Below, piece after piece: positions 18,523 through 30,055 of a stretch of 64,000 nucleotides of DNA. The notes under the pieces are model-generated. The model worked only from the letters and a program-made list of their open reading frames with translations. It had not been told where the DNA came from and did not search any database. Numbering within the stretch: the first letter of the stretch is position 1; every line of letters starts with the position of its first letter. The translations under genes and the position numbers were made by a program. The stretch covers positions 2,345 to 66,344 of the forward strand of contig JACDDT010000005.1 in assembly GCA_013816855.1 (NCBI GenBank), given 5' to 3'. This stretch comes from Gemmatimonadaceae bacterium (GTDB taxonomy: Bacteria; Gemmatimonadota; Gemmatimonadetes; Gemmatimonadales; Gemmatimonadaceae).

Positions 18523-21500
18523 ACGCGCAGCAGCGAGAGTAGCTGGTCTGGCTCGACCGGCTTGGTGATGTAATCCGATGCTCCTGCTTCGATGCACTTC
18601 TCCCGGTCACCCTTCATCGCCTTCGCGGTGAGTGCGATGATGGGCAGAGTGCGGAACTCATCCATCTGGCGTATTGCCCGCGTTGTCTCGTAGCCGTCCA
18701 TCTCCGGCATCATGACGTCCATGAGAATCGCATCGACGCTCGAATCCTTCTGCAGCTGTTCCAGCGCCTGTTTCCCGTTCTCCGCGAACCTAACCACCAT
18801 CCCGTGATCTTCGAGCATGCTTGTAAGCGAGAAGATGTTTCTCACGTCGTCATCGACGATGAGAATCTTCTTCCCCGCCACCACTGCGTCGGAATCGTGC
18901 AGGTGCTGCAGCATTTTCCGCTTCTGCTCGGGAAGCTTTGCTTCCACTCTGTGCAGGAAGAGCGCGGTCTCGTCTAGCAGACGCTCCGGCGACTTCGCGT
19001 CCTTCACGATGATCGTTTCCGCGTATTTCTTGATGCGCGTTTCCTCTTGCTGCGTCAAGTCCTTGCCCGTGTAGATGATGATGGGCAGACCGCGCATTGC
19101 CGGATCCGATTTCACTTTCTCGAGAAGATCGAAGCCGCTCATGTCGCGAAGGCCAAGATCGAGAACGACGCAGTCGAATTTTTTCTCCCCGAGCGTTTTC
19201 ATCGCTTCCTCTGCCGATCCCACCGCGGTGATATCGACGTCGTCGTGGGAGATGAGCTCCACGATGCTCTGCCTCTGATTCTCGTTGTCCTCAACGACAA
19301 GGAGATTTCTCGGACTTGTATCTATGAATTCCGAAATCCGGCCGAAGGCGTTGTCGAGCGCTTCCTTATCGGCCGGTTTTTCCAGAAACGCCATCGCGCC
19401 CGCCTTCAGACCATGCTGCTTGTCATCGACTCCGGATATGATGTGCACCGGAATGTGACGCGTGTCGGGATCGCGCTTGAGACGGTCGAGCACCTGGAAG
19501 CCGTCAAGACCGGGCATGTCGATGTCGAGTGTGATTGCGTCGGGGCGGATATCGCGAGCCGCATTGAGACCCGCTTCACCGTCCAGCTCGACAATGGCCT
19601 TGAACCCTTTCTCCTTCGCCATGTCGAGAAGAACCTTTGCGAATGTGACGTCGTTCTCGATGATCAGTACCGTGCGATCGCCCTCCTCGATGTTGTCCCT
19701 ATCATCGGGGATCTCGATCTGCGGCCGGCTTCTCCGCTCCGGGACATATGGCATCGGTACCTGGCCCGCGCGCCTTTGCGGCTTTTTCGAGCGGGCAACC
19801 TGGCCACTTTGTGTGCGTGCACCCGGCTGCTTTTGCGACTCAGGCCGCTCCGAGAGCTCGTTGCCGCGGTTCCCGTAGTCGTAATCGAAACGTGTTTCCG
19901 AATCGACCCCATCAGGATGATACACTGACTGCGTATAGCGAGCCGGCAGAAACAATGTGAAAGTGCTTCCCTTGCCGACTGTGCTCTCGACTCGTATCTC
20001 GCCGCCGAGCAGCCGAGCAATCTCGCGGCTAATGGTGAGACCGAGCCCGGTGCCGCCGTATTTCCGGGTCGTCGTTCCGTCTGCCTGCTGGAACGCCTCA
20101 AAAATAAGTCTCTGCTTGTCACGCGGAATTCCGATTCCCGAATCTTCCACCGAGAAAGCAATTACCTCGTCGCTGCCATCGAGCGAGGGGTTCATGAAGC
20201 GGCGCCCCTTCTCCGCCTTTCTCACCCTTAGCGCGACTTCGCCCTTCTCCGTGAACTTGAACGCGTTCGAGAGAAGATTCTTGATCACCTGTTGTAGTCG
20301 CCCGCCGTCGGTGAAGATTGCTCGGGGCACATCGGGGTTGACCTCCACTTGGAAGCCGATCCCTTTCTGCTCCGCGAGAGGTGAGAAGTTCCTCTCGACG
20401 AAGCTCCGCACTTCGGTGAGCTCCACCTCGGTGGGGTCGACATCCATCTTGCCAGCCTCGACTTTCGATACGTCGAGCACATCGTTGATGAGCGAGAGAA
20501 GGTCTGTTCCCGACGATAGGATCGTCTGTGCGAACTCCACCTGCTTCGCCGTAAGGTTGCCATCCTTGTTGTCGGAGAGCAGCCTTGCCAGAATGAGCAA
20601 GCTATTAAGCGGAGTGCGCAGCTCGTGCGACATGTTGGCGAGGAACTCCGACTTGTACTTCGAGCTGAGCGCGAGCTGCTCGGCCTTTTCCTCGAGAGCG
20701 AGACGCGCTGCCTCGACCTCTTCGTTCTTCTGCTCGACCTTCCTGTTCTGCTCGGCGAGGAGTGACGCTTTCTCTTCGAGCTCTTCGTTAACCTGCTGGA
20801 GCTCTTCCTGTTGATCCTTGAGGAGCTCTTCTGAAGTGCGGAGCGAAGTCGCCTGCGCTTCGAGCTCGGAGTTGGAGCGCTTCAGCTCATCCTGCTGCTT
20901 GCGCAGCTCTTCCGACTGGCTCTGCAGCTCCTGCGTCAGGCTCTGCGACTGCTCGAGCAGCTCGGCCGTCCGCATGTTGGCGCTGATCATGTTGATGACC
21001 ACGCCGACGCTTTCTCCCAGCTGATCGAGGAAGAGCTGGTGGATTTGGCTGAAAGGCAGGAACGATGCGAGCTCGATTACCGCTTTGACTTCGCCCTCGA
21101 ATAGCACCGGCAACACTAGAATGTTTCGTGGCGGAGCTTCACCGAGTCCAGAAGTTATCCTGATGTAATCATCGGGTACGTTGGTGAGGAGAATCGGCTT
21201 CTTCTCGAGCGCCGCTTGTCCGACAAGGCCTTCACCGAGCTGGAAGACGTTGCCAAGGTGCTTTCTCTCCTTGTACGCGTAGCTCGCGATGAGCTTGAAG
21301 ATGGGAGTGTTGCCCTCCTCTTCCATTATATAGAACGCTCCGTGATGCGCCGAGACGAGTGGCGTGAGCTCCGACATGATGAGCTTCGACACAGACTCGA
21401 GATCTTTCTGTCCCTGCATCATCCGCGAGAACTTCGCGAGGTTGGTCTTCAACCAGTCCTGCTCTGTGTTCTTTTCGGTTGTCGACTTCAGGTTCGCGAT

Positions 21501-24500
21501 CATCTGGTTGAGGTTGTTCTTCAGCTCATCCAGCTCTCCCTGCGCCTCGACGGCAATCTGCCGGCTCAGGTCGCCGCGGGTCACCGATGTCGCGACGTCG
21601 GCGATCGCTCGCACCTGGAGCGTCAAGCTGTTGGCCATCGCGTTCACGTTGTCGGTCAGAGCGCGCCACGTTCCGGCTGCTCCCGGTACTGCCGCCTGTC
21701 CGCCGAGCTTTCCTTCCGTACCTACTTCCTTCGCGACGCGTGTTACTTCGTCGGCGAACACTCGCAGCGAGTCCACCATGGCGTTGACGGTGTTCTTCAG
21801 CTCGAGAATCTCGCCGCGCACTTCAACGGTGATCTTCTGCGACAAGTCTCCTTTCGCCACCGCCGTCGTGACGAGCGCGATGTTACGAATCTGGCTCGTC
21901 AGATTTCCGGCGAGTGTGTTCACATTGTCGGTTAGATCCTTCCACGTTCCCGCGACTCCGGGCACGTTGGCCTGGCCGCCGAGCTTTCCTTCCGTTCCCA
22001 CGTCGCGAGCCACTCGCGTTACTTCAGAGGAGAATGCGCTGAGCTGATCCACCATGGTGTTGATGGTGTTTTTGAGCTCGAGGATTTCTCCCTTCACGTC
22101 CACCGTCATCTTGCGCGATAGATCTCCGCGCGCGACAGCGGTGGTTACGTCGGCGATGTTTCTCACCTGACCGGTGAGGTTCGACGCCATGAAGTTCACG
22201 TTGTCGGTCAGGTCCTTCCATGTTCCGCCTACTCCCGGCACGTTGGCCTGTCCGCCCAGTCTTCCTTCCGTTCCCACTTCGCGGGCGACACGCGTTACTT
22301 CGCCGGCAAAGACCGACAAGCTGTCCACCATCGTATTGATGGTGTTCTTCAGCTCGAGAATCTCGCCTTGCACGTCGACGGTGATCTTGCGCGAGAGGTC
22401 GCCTTTCGCGACCGCCGTCGTCACGTCGGCGATGTTTCGAATCTGTCCAGTGAGGTTGCCGGCCATCGCGTTCACGTTGTCGGTGAGATCCTTCCAGGTT
22501 CCGCCGACGCCCGGTACTTCGGCCTGGCCTCCCAACTTCCCTTCAGTTCCTACTTCCTTCGCCACACGTGAAACTTCAGACGCGAATGAGCTAAGCTGGT
22601 CAACCATCGTATTAATGGTGTCCTTGAGCTCGGCTGTCTCGCCCTTCGCTTCGACGGTGATTTTCTGCGACAGGTCTCCGCGCGCGACTGCCGTCGTCAC
22701 TGCGGCAATGTTACGCACTTGGCCGGTGAGGTTTCCGGCGAGCGTGTTAACGTTGTCGGTGAGATCCTTCCACGTTCCGCCAACACCGGGAACGTTCGCC
22801 TGCCCGCCGAGCCTGCCTTCCGTTCCTACTTCACGCGCCACGCGCGTCACTTCGTCGGCAAACGAGCTGAGCTGATCGACCATCGTGTTGATGGTGTTCT
22901 TGAGCTCGAGAATCTCTCCTTTCGCTTCTGCGGTGATCTTTCGATTCAGGTCTCCGCGCGCGACGGCTGTCGTCACGTCGGCGATGTTACGCACCTGGCC
23001 TGTGAGATTCGAGGCCATGAAGTTCACGTTGTCGGTGAGGTCTTTCCACGTCCCGCCGACTCCGGGAACTTCCGCTTGTCCGCCAAGTTTTCCTTCCGTT
23101 CCTACTTCTTTCGCCACACGCGTTACTTCGGATGCGAAAGCGCTGAGCTGGTCGACCATCGTGTTGATCGTTTGTTTCAGCTCGAGAATCTCACCCTTTA
23201 CGTCGACGGTGATCTTTCGCGAGAGATCGCCCTTGGCGACTGCCGTCGTGACGTCGGCAATGTTTCGAATCTGACCAGTCAGGTTCGACGCCATTGCGTT
23301 CACGTTGTCCGTGAGGTCCTTCCACGTTCCGGCAACGCCCGGCACCTCGGCTTGTCCGCCGAGTCTGCCCTCTGTTCCTACTTCGCGCGCGACGCGCGTA
23401 ACTTCGTCGGCGAATGAACTGAGCTGGTCCACCATGATGTTGATGGTGTTCTTCAGCTCGAGCGTCTCGCCCTTCGCTTCGACGGTAATCTTCTGCGACA
23501 GGTCACCCTTGGCGACGGCTGTCGTCACCGCCGCGATACTTCTCACCTGACCGGTGAGGTTGGACGCCATCGCGTTCACGTTGTCCGTCAGGTCCTTCCA
23601 GGTTCCGCCGACTCCCGGCACTTCGGCTTGTCCGCCCAGCTTGCCTTCGGTTCCTACTTCCTTGGCGACGCGGGTTACTTCGGAGGCGAATGCGCTGAGC
23701 TGGTCCACCATGATGTTGATGGTGTTCTTGAGCTCGAGAATTTCGCCCTTTGCGTCGGCGGTGATTTTTCGCGACAGGTCTCCACGCGCGACTGCGGTCG
23801 TAACGTCGGCGATGTTTCTCACCTGGCCGGTGAGGTTCGACGCCATGAAGTTCACGTTGTCGGTGAGATCCTTCCACGTTCCTGCGACCTGCGGCACCTG
23901 CGCTTGTCCGCCGAGTCTTCCTTCGGTTCCTACTTCGCGTGCCACGCGCGTCACTTCCTCGGCGAACACTCCGAGACTGTCCACCATCGTGTTGACCGTG
24001 TTCTTCAACTCGAGGATTTCGCCCTTTACATCGACCGTGATCTTGCGCGATAGATCTCCGCGCGCGACTGCGGTGGTGACATCGGCGATGTTTCTGATCT
24101 GGCCGGTGAGGTTCGACGCCATCGCGTTCACGTTGTCGGTGAGATCCTTCCACGTTCCCGCGACGCCGGAAACCTGTGCCTGTCCGCCAAGCTTTCCTTC
24201 CGTTCCCACTTCGCGAGCCACACGAGTTACTTCCGACGCGAACGCGCTGAGCTGATCGACCATGATGTTGATCGTGTTCTTGAGCTCGAGTGTTTCACCG
24301 CGCGCTTCGACAGTGATCTTCTGTGACAGGTCTCCCTTCGCGACTGCCGTCGTAACCGCAGCGATGCTTCGCACCTGCCCTGTCAGGTTGGAAGCCATTG
24401 CGTTCACGTTGTCCGTCAGGTCCTTCCAGGTTCCCGCGACACCGGGCACTTCCGCCTGTCCGCCAAGCTTTCCTTCCGTGCCCACTTCTCTCGCGACGCG

Positions 24501-25154
24501 CGTTACTTCATCGGCGAAAGCGCCGAGCTGGTCGACCATCGTGTTCACGGTCGTTCCGATTCTCAGGAATTCTCCCTGGACTGACTTGCCGTCTATCTCG
24601 AGAACCATCTTCTGGCTCAGGTCGCCGTCGGCCACCGCGGTAAGCACACGCGCTATTTCAGTCGTCGGTGAGACGAGATCGGTGATAAGCGAGTTGAGAG
24701 AATCGACGGTACGTCTCCAACCGCCTGCCATCGGACCGATTGAAGCGCGCTCGGTCATGTGCCCTTCACGCCCGACGGTCGTGCTCACTCGCACCATCTC
24801 ATCGGCAAGCCGGCTGTTTTGTTTCGCGACACCATTGAACGACTCGGCGATCTCCGCGAAAATCGGATCGTCGGTGATGGGAAGGCGAACATCAAAATCG
24901 CCATCAGCGAGATCTTTCATTGCAGAACTGAGGCGGCGCAGATATGCGTCCCGGCCTCGTTCGCCCCCGATCATCAGCTCGGCTTCGCCGTGATCACCGT
25001 TTCCATTCCGGCCTCCGCGGCCATTTCCATTTTTCTTGCCGTTGCGGCCTTTCGCGCTGTTTCTTCCACTGCGGCCGGAAGCAGACGCTTGCCGATTGCG
25101 GGCAGGACTGGTGTCCTGAGCCTGCTCGGCGTCCAGGGTATCTCCGATTTCCAC
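18507..25154 (-). CDS. Cytoplasmic poly-HAMP hybrid histidine kinase (HAMPn-GAF-coiled coil-HisKA-HATPase-3xREC), OsaA/group III-like
   Basis: Eleven 92-aa repeats, [33 protein letters not shown], three receiver domains; no TM helix; AGGAG RBS. Confidence 0.95.
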   Translation of the reverse strand: MEIGDTLDAEQAQDTSPARNRQASASGRSGRNSAKGRNGKKNGNGRGGRNGNGDHGEAELMIGGERGRDAYLRRLSSAMKDLADGDFDVRLPITDDPIFAEIAESFNGVAKQNSRLADEMVRVSTTVGREGHMTERASIGPMAGGWRRTVDSLNSLITDLVSPTTEIARVLTAVADGDLSQKMVLEIDGKSVQGEFLRIGTTVNTMVDQLGAFADEVTRVAREVGTEGKLGGQAEVPGVAGTWKDLTDNVNAMASNLTGQVRSIAAVTTAVAKGDLSQKITVEARGETLELKNTINIMVDQLSAFASEVTRVAREVGTEGKLGGQAQVSGVAGTWKDLTDNVNAMASNLTGQIRNIADVTTAVARGDLSRKITVDVKGEILELKNTVNTMVDSLGVFAEEVTRVAREVGTEGRLGGQAQVPQVAGTWKDLTDNVNFMASNLTGQVRNIADVTTAVARGDLSRKITADAKGEILELKNTINIMVDQLSAFASEVTRVAKEVGTEGKLGGQAEVPGVGGTWKDLTDNVNAMASNLTGQVRSIAAVTTAVAKGDLSQKITVEAKGETLELKNTINIMVDQLSSFADEVTRVAREVGTEGRLGGQAEVPGVAGTWKDLTDNVNAMASNLTGQIRNIADVTTAVAKGDLSRKITVDVKGEILELKQTINTMVDQLSAFASEVTRVAKEVGTEGKLGGQAEVPGVGGTWKDLTDNVNFMASNLTGQVRNIADVTTAVARGDLNRKITAEAKGEILELKNTINTMVDQLSSFADEVTRVAREVGTEGRLGGQANVPGVGGTWKDLTDNVNTLAGNLTGQVRNIAAVTTAVARGDLSQKITVEAKGETAELKDTINTMVDQLSSFASEVSRVAKEVGTEGKLGGQAEVPGVGGTWKDLTDNVNAMAGNLTGQIRNIADVTTAVAKGDLSRKITVDVQGEILELKNTINTMVDSLSVFAGEVTRVAREVGTEGRLGGQANVPGVGGTWKDLTDNVNFMASNLTGQVRNIADVTTAVARGDLSRKMTVDVKGEILELKNTINTMVDQLSAFSSEVTRVARDVGTEGKLGGQANVPGVAGTWKDLTDNVNTLAGNLTSQIRNIALVTTAVAKGDLSQKITVEVRGEILELKNTVNAMVDSLRVFADEVTRVAKEVGTEGKLGGQAAVPGAAGTWRALTDNVNAMANSLTLQVRAIADVATSVTRGDLSRQIAVEAQGELDELKNNLNQMIANLKSTTEKNTEQDWLKTNLAKFSRMMQGQKDLESVSKLIMSELTPLVSAHHGAFYIMEEEGNTPIFKLIASYAYKERKHLGNVFQLGEGLVGQAALEKKPILLTNVPDDYIRITSGLGEAPPRNILVLPVLFEGEVKAVIELASFLPFSQIHQLFLDQLGESVGVVINMISANMRTAELLEQSQSLTQELQSQSEELRKQQDELKRSNSELEAQATSLRTSEELLKDQQEELQQVNEELEEKASLLAEQNRKVEQKNEEVEAARLALEEKAEQLALSSKYKSEFLANMSHELRTPLNSLLILARLLSDNKDGNLTAKQVEFAQTILSSGTDLLSLINDVLDVSKVEAGKMDVDPTEVELTEVRSFVERNFSPLAEQKGIGFQVEVNPDVPRAIFTDGGRLQQVIKNLLSNAFKFTEKGEVALRVRKAEKGRRFMNPSLDGSDEVIAFSVEDSGIGIPRDKQRLIFEAFQQADGTTTRKYGGTGLGLTISREIARLLGGEIRVESTVGKGSTFTLFLPARYTQSVYHPDGVDSETRFDYDYGNRGNELSERPESQKQPGARTQSGQVARSKKPQRRAGQVPMPYVPERRSRPQIEIPDDRDNIEEGDRTVLIIENDVTFAKVLLDMAKEKGFKAIVELDGEAGLNAARDIRPDAITLDIDMPGLDGFQVLDRLKRDPDTRHIPVHIISGVDDKQHGLKAGAMAFLEKPADKEALDNAFGRISEFIDTSPRNLLVVEDNENQRQSIVELISHDDVDITAVGSAEEAMKTLGEKKFDCVVLDLGLRDMSGFDLLEKVKSDPAMRGLPIIIYTGKDLTQQEETRIKKYAETIIVKDAKSPERLLDETALFLHRVEAKLPEQKRKMLQHLHDSDAVVAGKKILIVDDDVRNIFSLTSMLEDHGMVVRFAENGKQALEQLQKDSSVDAILMDVMMPEMDGYETTRAIRQMDEFRTLPIIALTAKAMKGDREKCIEAGASDYITKPVEPDQLLSLLRVWLYR
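21453..24488 (-). repeat. Eleven tandem 276-bp coding repeats (92-aa HAMP units)
   Basis: Unit [29 protein letters not shown]...EVTRVAR counted 11 times; synonymous divergence between units. Confidence 0.92.
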
Positions 25155-25306
25155 GCTTAGCTCCTAAGGATGATTGCGCAGGGATGCTCCAACGGGCGGA
25201 CTACTGTCCATCCCGAGAGGTTGTGCCTCGAAGAGCAGGGAACAACTATTCAATAATTGCGCCGTATTTCGTGGAATATACGACCGTGTAAAAAGGGGTG
25301 TATCGC

Positions 25307-25774
25307 CTATTCGATTACAATCGAACAGTAGGCTTTGACTTCCCCGGGAGTGAGAATACGAGCGTAAACACGGCTCCAGCCTGGATGAACTTTTTCGGAA
25401 ATTCTGACGAAATTTCCCTCTAAAAATGAAGCCTTGATCGTCTTACAAGGTGGCGTGAAAGAAGTGATCTCGAGGCGGACCTCGGCTCCGACCGTAAGGA
25501 TAGCCCCGGGCCGCATCAGCGCCCAGTCCAGACCTTCAACAGTGAGGTTCTCCCCTGCCGTTCCGACGTCGATTGGATGCCCTTCCGCACGGAGGGCTTT
25601 GATCAAATCGAGCGAATAGATGCAGATCGCGCGATCCGGGCCGCCGTGATCCTTGCTTACATGCCGGTCGGCCTCGAGACCGAGCGTGTTCACGTTCGAA
25701 AAGAGAACCGGACGCTTGGGAACTCCCCCGCCGGAGCTGTTGATCGAAGCAACTTTTCCCGTACGTCCGGTCAC
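25307..25774 (-). CDS. MOSC domain protein (YiiM-like)
   Basis: GGVPK, GLEAD...HGGPDRAICIY, GENLTVEG, PPCKTI, VYARILTPG. Confidence 0.88.
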   Translation of the reverse strand: MTGRTGKVASINSSGGGVPKRPVLFSNVNTLGLEADRHVSKDHGGPDRAICIYSLDLIKALRAEGHPIDVGTAGENLTVEGLDWALMRPGAILTVGAEVRLEITSFTPPCKTIKASFLEGNFVRISEKVHPGWSRVYARILTPGEVKAYCSIVIE

Positions 25775-26943
25775 TAGTTCTCCGCCGCTTGGTCGCTTGT
25801 GAAAAACGTAACCGGAATTCCCCCGTTCTGCGTGCGAAAATTCGGGACGAGATTCGCCGACTGCCGGGCGAGCTTGTCATCGGAAGTGAGCACGCCGAGC
25901 GACCAGTTGTTCTTTTGAGCCCGAGCGCCGAGCATACCATAGAGATTGCGGAGGTCGGCGTCGGGGGAAACCCGCATGCCGTACGGTGGATTGGTGACGA
26001 TGGCGCCGCTGCCGGCGTGTGTGCGCGCGAAGACGTCGAGCGATTGAGCGAGGGCGCGCTTGGAAAACTCGATGTCGGCAGCGACCCCTGCGCGCTCTGC
26101 ATTTCTTCGCGCGACCTCTACCGCGCCTGCGTCGCGGTCACCGCCGTACACCGGAGCGCCGGCTTCGGGGGTCTGCTCACTGCGCGCTTTGTCCTTGAGA
26201 GATTTCCAGAATGTTTCGTCGAATGAAGGCCATTTCTCGAAGGCGAAGCTTCTCTCGAGCCCGGGCGCTATGCCGCGGGCAATCATCGCGGCTTCAATCG
26301 GAATCGTGCCCGATCCGCAGAGAGGATCCAGTAGTGGCGTGTCACGTTTCCACCGGGAGGCAAGAAGCATCGCGGCGGCGAGATTCTCACGCAAAGATGC
26401 GCGCGTGGCTTCGAGCCGGTATCCGCGGCGATGCAGCAGCTCGCCTGACGTGTCCGCGCTGATGGTGACTTCATCGCGGACTAGCCGGACGATGAAGAGC
26501 TGCGCCGATGGGGCCGCTTCGGAATCAGCGGTGTCTTCTTTGTCGGCGATCACAAAATCGAGATCCGCGCAGTGCTTCGCTGCGGCGTTCATCAGTCTTT
26601 CTGCAACTGCGTCCGAGTGATACAGGCGTGATTTCTTGCACGTCACGCGAAACTTCACCTCGCCTACGGATGGCAGCCAACGCTCCCATTCGATCTTTTT
26701 CGCGCGCCGCTCGAGCTCCGCGAAGCTCGAGGCATGGAATCGAGCGATACGAACGACGATTCGCGTCGCCGTGCGGAGCTTCAGATTGGCGTTGTAGATA
26801 TCGCGGTGGGAGCCGCGGAAAAGGACACCGCCGTGTTCGACCGCGGCCGGCTCTATCGCGAGCGTACGGAGCTCCACCGCAGTGATTTCTTCGATGCCGG
26901 GGGCGGCTATAACAAACGCGTCAAGTAATTGCCGACCTGTCAT
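25774..26943 (-). CDS. THUMP-domain class I SAM RNA methyltransferase (RlmL/YpsC-like)
   Basis: ANLKLRTATRI, DTSGELLHRRGYR, LRENLAAAML, LDPLCGSGTIPIEA, TNPPYG. Confidence 0.9.
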   Translation of the reverse strand: MTGRQLLDAFVIAAPGIEEITAVELRTLAIEPAAVEHGGVLFRGSHRDIYNANLKLRTATRIVVRIARFHASSFAELERRAKKIEWERWLPSVGEVKFRVTCKKSRLYHSDAVAERLMNAAAKHCADLDFVIADKEDTADSEAAPSAQLFIVRLVRDEVTISADTSGELLHRRGYRLEATRASLRENLAAAMLLASRWKRDTPLLDPLCGSGTIPIEAAMIARGIAPGLERSFAFEKWPSFDETFWKSLKDKARSEQTPEAGAPVYGGDRDAGAVEVARRNAERAGVAADIEFSKRALAQSLDVFARTHAGSGAIVTNPPYGMRVSPDADLRNLYGMLGARAQKNNWSLGVLTSDDKLARQSANLVPNFRTQNGGIPVTFFTSDQAAEN

Positions 26944-27003
26944 TACGGAGGTTAAGAGGTCCCCAACGCATTAGCAAAGTGGGACATAAACAAAAGTATT
27001 GCG

Positions 27004-27384
27004 ATGCCCTGGTCCGCCTACTATGCTGCGCGCTCGAAACAAGAAATGACAAGCGAAAAACCACTTCCCAGCTCAAGCGAGTCCGGTTCGTTGGAAACGG
27101 AATCGTTTGAGTCTATCGCACGCAGAATGTTGGAATGCGCCCTCGCGCTGCTCGCCGAGGATCGCTCGCTTGCCGCACCCGATATTCAGGGGTGTGTGAA
27201 GGACGTAGCCGAATATGCGAAGACCCGCGGATATCACGTGGAGCAATTGATCATCGATCTCAAGCAGACATGGCACAGCATTGCGGATTCGGGAGCGCAT
27301 CCGAAGTCCGAGGTCACCTCTCCGCTGATAACGATGTGCATCGAGGAGTTTTACAGCGCCACTCCTGAGCCTTCCGGCGACTGA
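27004..27384 (+). CDS. Hypothetical helical protein
   Basis: ORF with helical pattern (VEQLIIDLKQTW...LITMCIEEFY); true start probably ATG 27047. Confidence 0.55.
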   Translation: MPWSAYYAARSKQEMTSEKPLPSSSESGSLETESFESIARRMLECALALLAEDRSLAAPDIQGCVKDVAEYAKTRGYHVEQLIIDLKQTWHSIADSGAHPKSEVTSPLITMCIEEFYSATPEPSGD

Positions 27385-27426
27385 TTTTTAGCGCTGCACG
27401 GAATAAATCGTGCTTCTTGTAGCGGC

Positions 27427-28893
27427 GTGGCAGGGAAACTCACAAAAGAATCGGCCAAGACACTCCTCAAGGAGCGCTTCGGGCATTCCGCATTCCGGCC
27501 GGGCCAATGGGAGCCGATGCGCGCGATTCTCGACGGGCGGGACGCGCTCGTCGTTATGCCCACGGGCAGCGGCAAGTCACTCATTTATCAGCTCCCCGCG
27601 GTGATGTTTCCGGGGCTCACTGTCATAGTGAGTCCCCTCATCGCTCTCATGAAGGATCAGCACGACAAGCTTTCCGCGCAGGGCGTGGACTCGGTTGCGA
27701 TGCACTCCCACCTCAGCGTCTCCGAATCGCGCGAAGCGCACCGGCAAATCGCGGAAGGTGAGGGTGAGATTCTTTTTCTCACGCCTGAGAGGTTCAAGGA
27801 CCGGGAATTCTTTTCGCATCTCATGACGCGGAGGATCTCGCTCTTCGTCGTCGACGAAGCTCATTGCGTAAGCCAGTGGGGTCACGACTTCCGCCCCGAT
27901 TACCTCTCACTTGGCGGAATAGCGAAACGGCTCGGGCGGCCTCCCGTGCTCGCTCTCACCGCGACCGCGACTGAACAGGTTCGCACAGACATCATCCGCC
28001 AGCTCGGGATGACAGATCCTCACATCACGATTACCGGATTTGCGCGGCCCAATCTGCGCTTTGAAGTGATGCGCACCGTCAACGACGGGATCAAGGACAG
28101 CTCTCTAAAGCAGACGCTTCGAGAGATGGAAGGGTCCGGAGTGATCTACGTGGCGACGATCAAGGAGGCGGAGCGCCTCTATGCGATGCTCGCTGAAGAT
28201 TTTTCCGTCGGACTTTATCACGGTAAGCGTCCGAGCGCTGAACGGAAGCAAGTGCAGGACAATTTCATGTCGGGCAATCTCAAAACTATCATCGCGACGA
28301 ATGCATTCGGGCTGGGCATCGACAAGCAGAACCTGCGCTTCGTGCTTCACTACCATTTCCCGGGATCGATCGAATCGTACTACCAGGAAGCCGGGCGCGC
28401 GGGGCGGGATGGACAGCCGGCACTCTGCCGGGTTCTCTACCGCGTGGAGGACAAGCGCATCCAGTCGTACTTCCTGGGCGGCAAATATCCCGAAGTTCAG
28501 GAAGCTGCGCACGTCGCGCTCGCCCTCGAGAAATATCCGCTGAAGGAGCCGGTGGACATTAACGACATTGTCGAGATCACGGGTGTAGCTACACGCAAAG
28601 CGAAGATTGTCTTCGCACTTCTCAAGCGGCATGGACTGGTGCGCGAGCACCGCGGCGGGAAGTGGGAACGGCTATCGGACAACCTCACCGGCATCGATCT
28701 CAGCGCTGACCTCACCGACTACGAAGAGCGCCGAGAGATGGACCAGATCAAGCTGCGCACCATGATCCAGTTTTGTCAGACCACGCAGTGCCGCACCCGT
28801 TTCATTCTCGAGCATTTCGGCGAGGAAGTATCGGCCGATTGGGCGTGCGGAAACTGCGACGCCTGCGACGCCGCCGAGCGAGCTACGGCGTAA
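27427..28893 (+). CDS. recQ: RecQ-family ATP-dependent DNA helicase, no HRDC domain
   Basis: [42 protein letters not shown], Zn motif [10 protein letters not shown]...CGNCDAC. Confidence 0.93.
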   Translation: MAGKLTKESAKTLLKERFGHSAFRPGQWEPMRAILDGRDALVVMPTGSGKSLIYQLPAVMFPGLTVIVSPLIALMKDQHDKLSAQGVDSVAMHSHLSVSESREAHRQIAEGEGEILFLTPERFKDREFFSHLMTRRISLFVVDEAHCVSQWGHDFRPDYLSLGGIAKRLGRPPVLALTATATEQVRTDIIRQLGMTDPHITITGFARPNLRFEVMRTVNDGIKDSSLKQTLREMEGSGVIYVATIKEAERLYAMLAEDFSVGLYHGKRPSAERKQVQDNFMSGNLKTIIATNAFGLGIDKQNLRFVLHYHFPGSIESYYQEAGRAGRDGQPALCRVLYRVEDKRIQSYFLGGKYPEVQEAAHVALALEKYPLKEPVDINDIVEITGVATRKAKIVFALLKRHGLVREHRGGKWERLSDNLTGIDLSADLTDYEERREMDQIKLRTMIQFCQTTQCRTRFILEHFGEEVSADWACGNCDACDAAERATA

Positions 28894-28899
28894 CTTTCC

Positions 28900-30003
28900 G
28901 TGATGCCGGAGCTGCGCTTCGTCCTCTCGGACCTCACATCGTGGTACGGAAACTCGCGCGCGGCGATGCTTGCCGCGCTGAGCATTTGGATCGTGGTCAT
29001 CGTAGCCATCGTCGTGGTGCAGCGCGTCCTCATCCGCTGGCTCGACCGCCGCGCGAAAGTCACGAGCACCGAGATCGACAATTTCTTCGTCGCCATGCTG
29101 CGGAAGACGCGGCTCGCTTTCATCGTCTTCGCGGCGATGACGGCGGCATCCGCCACGCTGAGCCTCCCGCCTCGGCTCCGCTTCGCGGTAGGGGTCGTGG
29201 GGAAAGTCGCGCTGTTGATTCAGCTCGCAATCTGGGGAGGCGAGCTCATTGTGGTTGTCTTCCGGCGGTATTTCGCCAGAGTGAAGGACGGAGGGAACTC
29301 GACGACCGTCGAAGCGCTCAGCTACGTCGCGCGCCTCGGGCTCTGGATCCTCATCATCCTCGTCGGCCTCGAGTCGTTCGGCATTCACGTCACCGCGATC
29401 GTCGCTGGACTGGGCATCGGCGGTATCGCGGTCGCGCTCGCGGTGCAGAACATACTCGGCGACGTCTTCGCCGCTCTTTCGATTTTGTTCGACAAGCCGT
29501 TCGTTGTCGGCGATCTGATAGAAGTGAACGCGTACTCGGGAATCGTGACGCACGTCGGTATAAAATCCACCCGTCTGAGAAGCGTCACCGGCGAGCAGAT
29601 CATCCTCTCCAACGGAGAAGTCCTCAAGAACGGAGTGAGGAACTTCGAGCGGCTTGGGCAGCGGCGCGCGGTGCTCATCACACGCATTGCGCCGGGCACG
29701 AATGAAGCGAAAGCGCGGCTTTTGCCGGAAATCATCAGGAAAGTCGTGGAATCCCAGCGTGGCGCAACTTTTTCGCGAGCGCACTTCAAGACCATCACGG
29801 ACAACTCGTTCGAATTCGAGACGGTTTATTTCCTCGCTACCACCGACTACGATGCCTTTCTCGATTGCCAGCAGGAGATCAACCTCGCGTTGATCCGCGA
29901 CCTTAAAGCCGCGGGAATCAATCTTCTTTCGCAGAAAAGCTCACCCCCCGCGCTGAGATCTCCGGAGAAGGAAGCGCAGACGCCGCCATCGACGAGCGTC
30001 TAG
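28900..30003 (+). CDS. MscS-family small mechanosensitive channel
   Basis: AGLGIGGIAVALAVQNILGD, DKPFVVGDLI, IKSTRLRSVTGEQIILSN; start may be ATG 28903. Confidence 0.92.
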   Translation: MMPELRFVLSDLTSWYGNSRAAMLAALSIWIVVIVAIVVVQRVLIRWLDRRAKVTSTEIDNFFVAMLRKTRLAFIVFAAMTAASATLSLPPRLRFAVGVVGKVALLIQLAIWGGELIVVVFRRYFARVKDGGNSTTVEALSYVARLGLWILIILVGLESFGIHVTAIVAGLGIGGIAVALAVQNILGDVFAALSILFDKPFVVGDLIEVNAYSGIVTHVGIKSTRLRSVTGEQIILSNGEVLKNGVRNFERLGQRRAVLITRIAPGTNEAKARLLPEIIRKVVESQRGATFSRAHFKTITDNSFEFETVYFLATTDYDAFLDCQQEINLALIRDLKAAGINLLSQKSSPPALRSPEKEAQTPPSTSV

Positions 30004-30055
30004 GCTCTCTTCGGAGTTGGCGCTACCTTCCGTTCATCCAGAACAGGAAACCTGA

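Noticed and set aside
21453-24488. CRISPR-like regular repeats
   Set aside because: Units are 276 bp, in frame, with synonymous variation and no unique spacers or cas genes.
21216-24993. Many long plus-strand ORFs with repeated text
   Set aside because: Antisense shadows of the HAMP repeats; no independent motifs or RBS.
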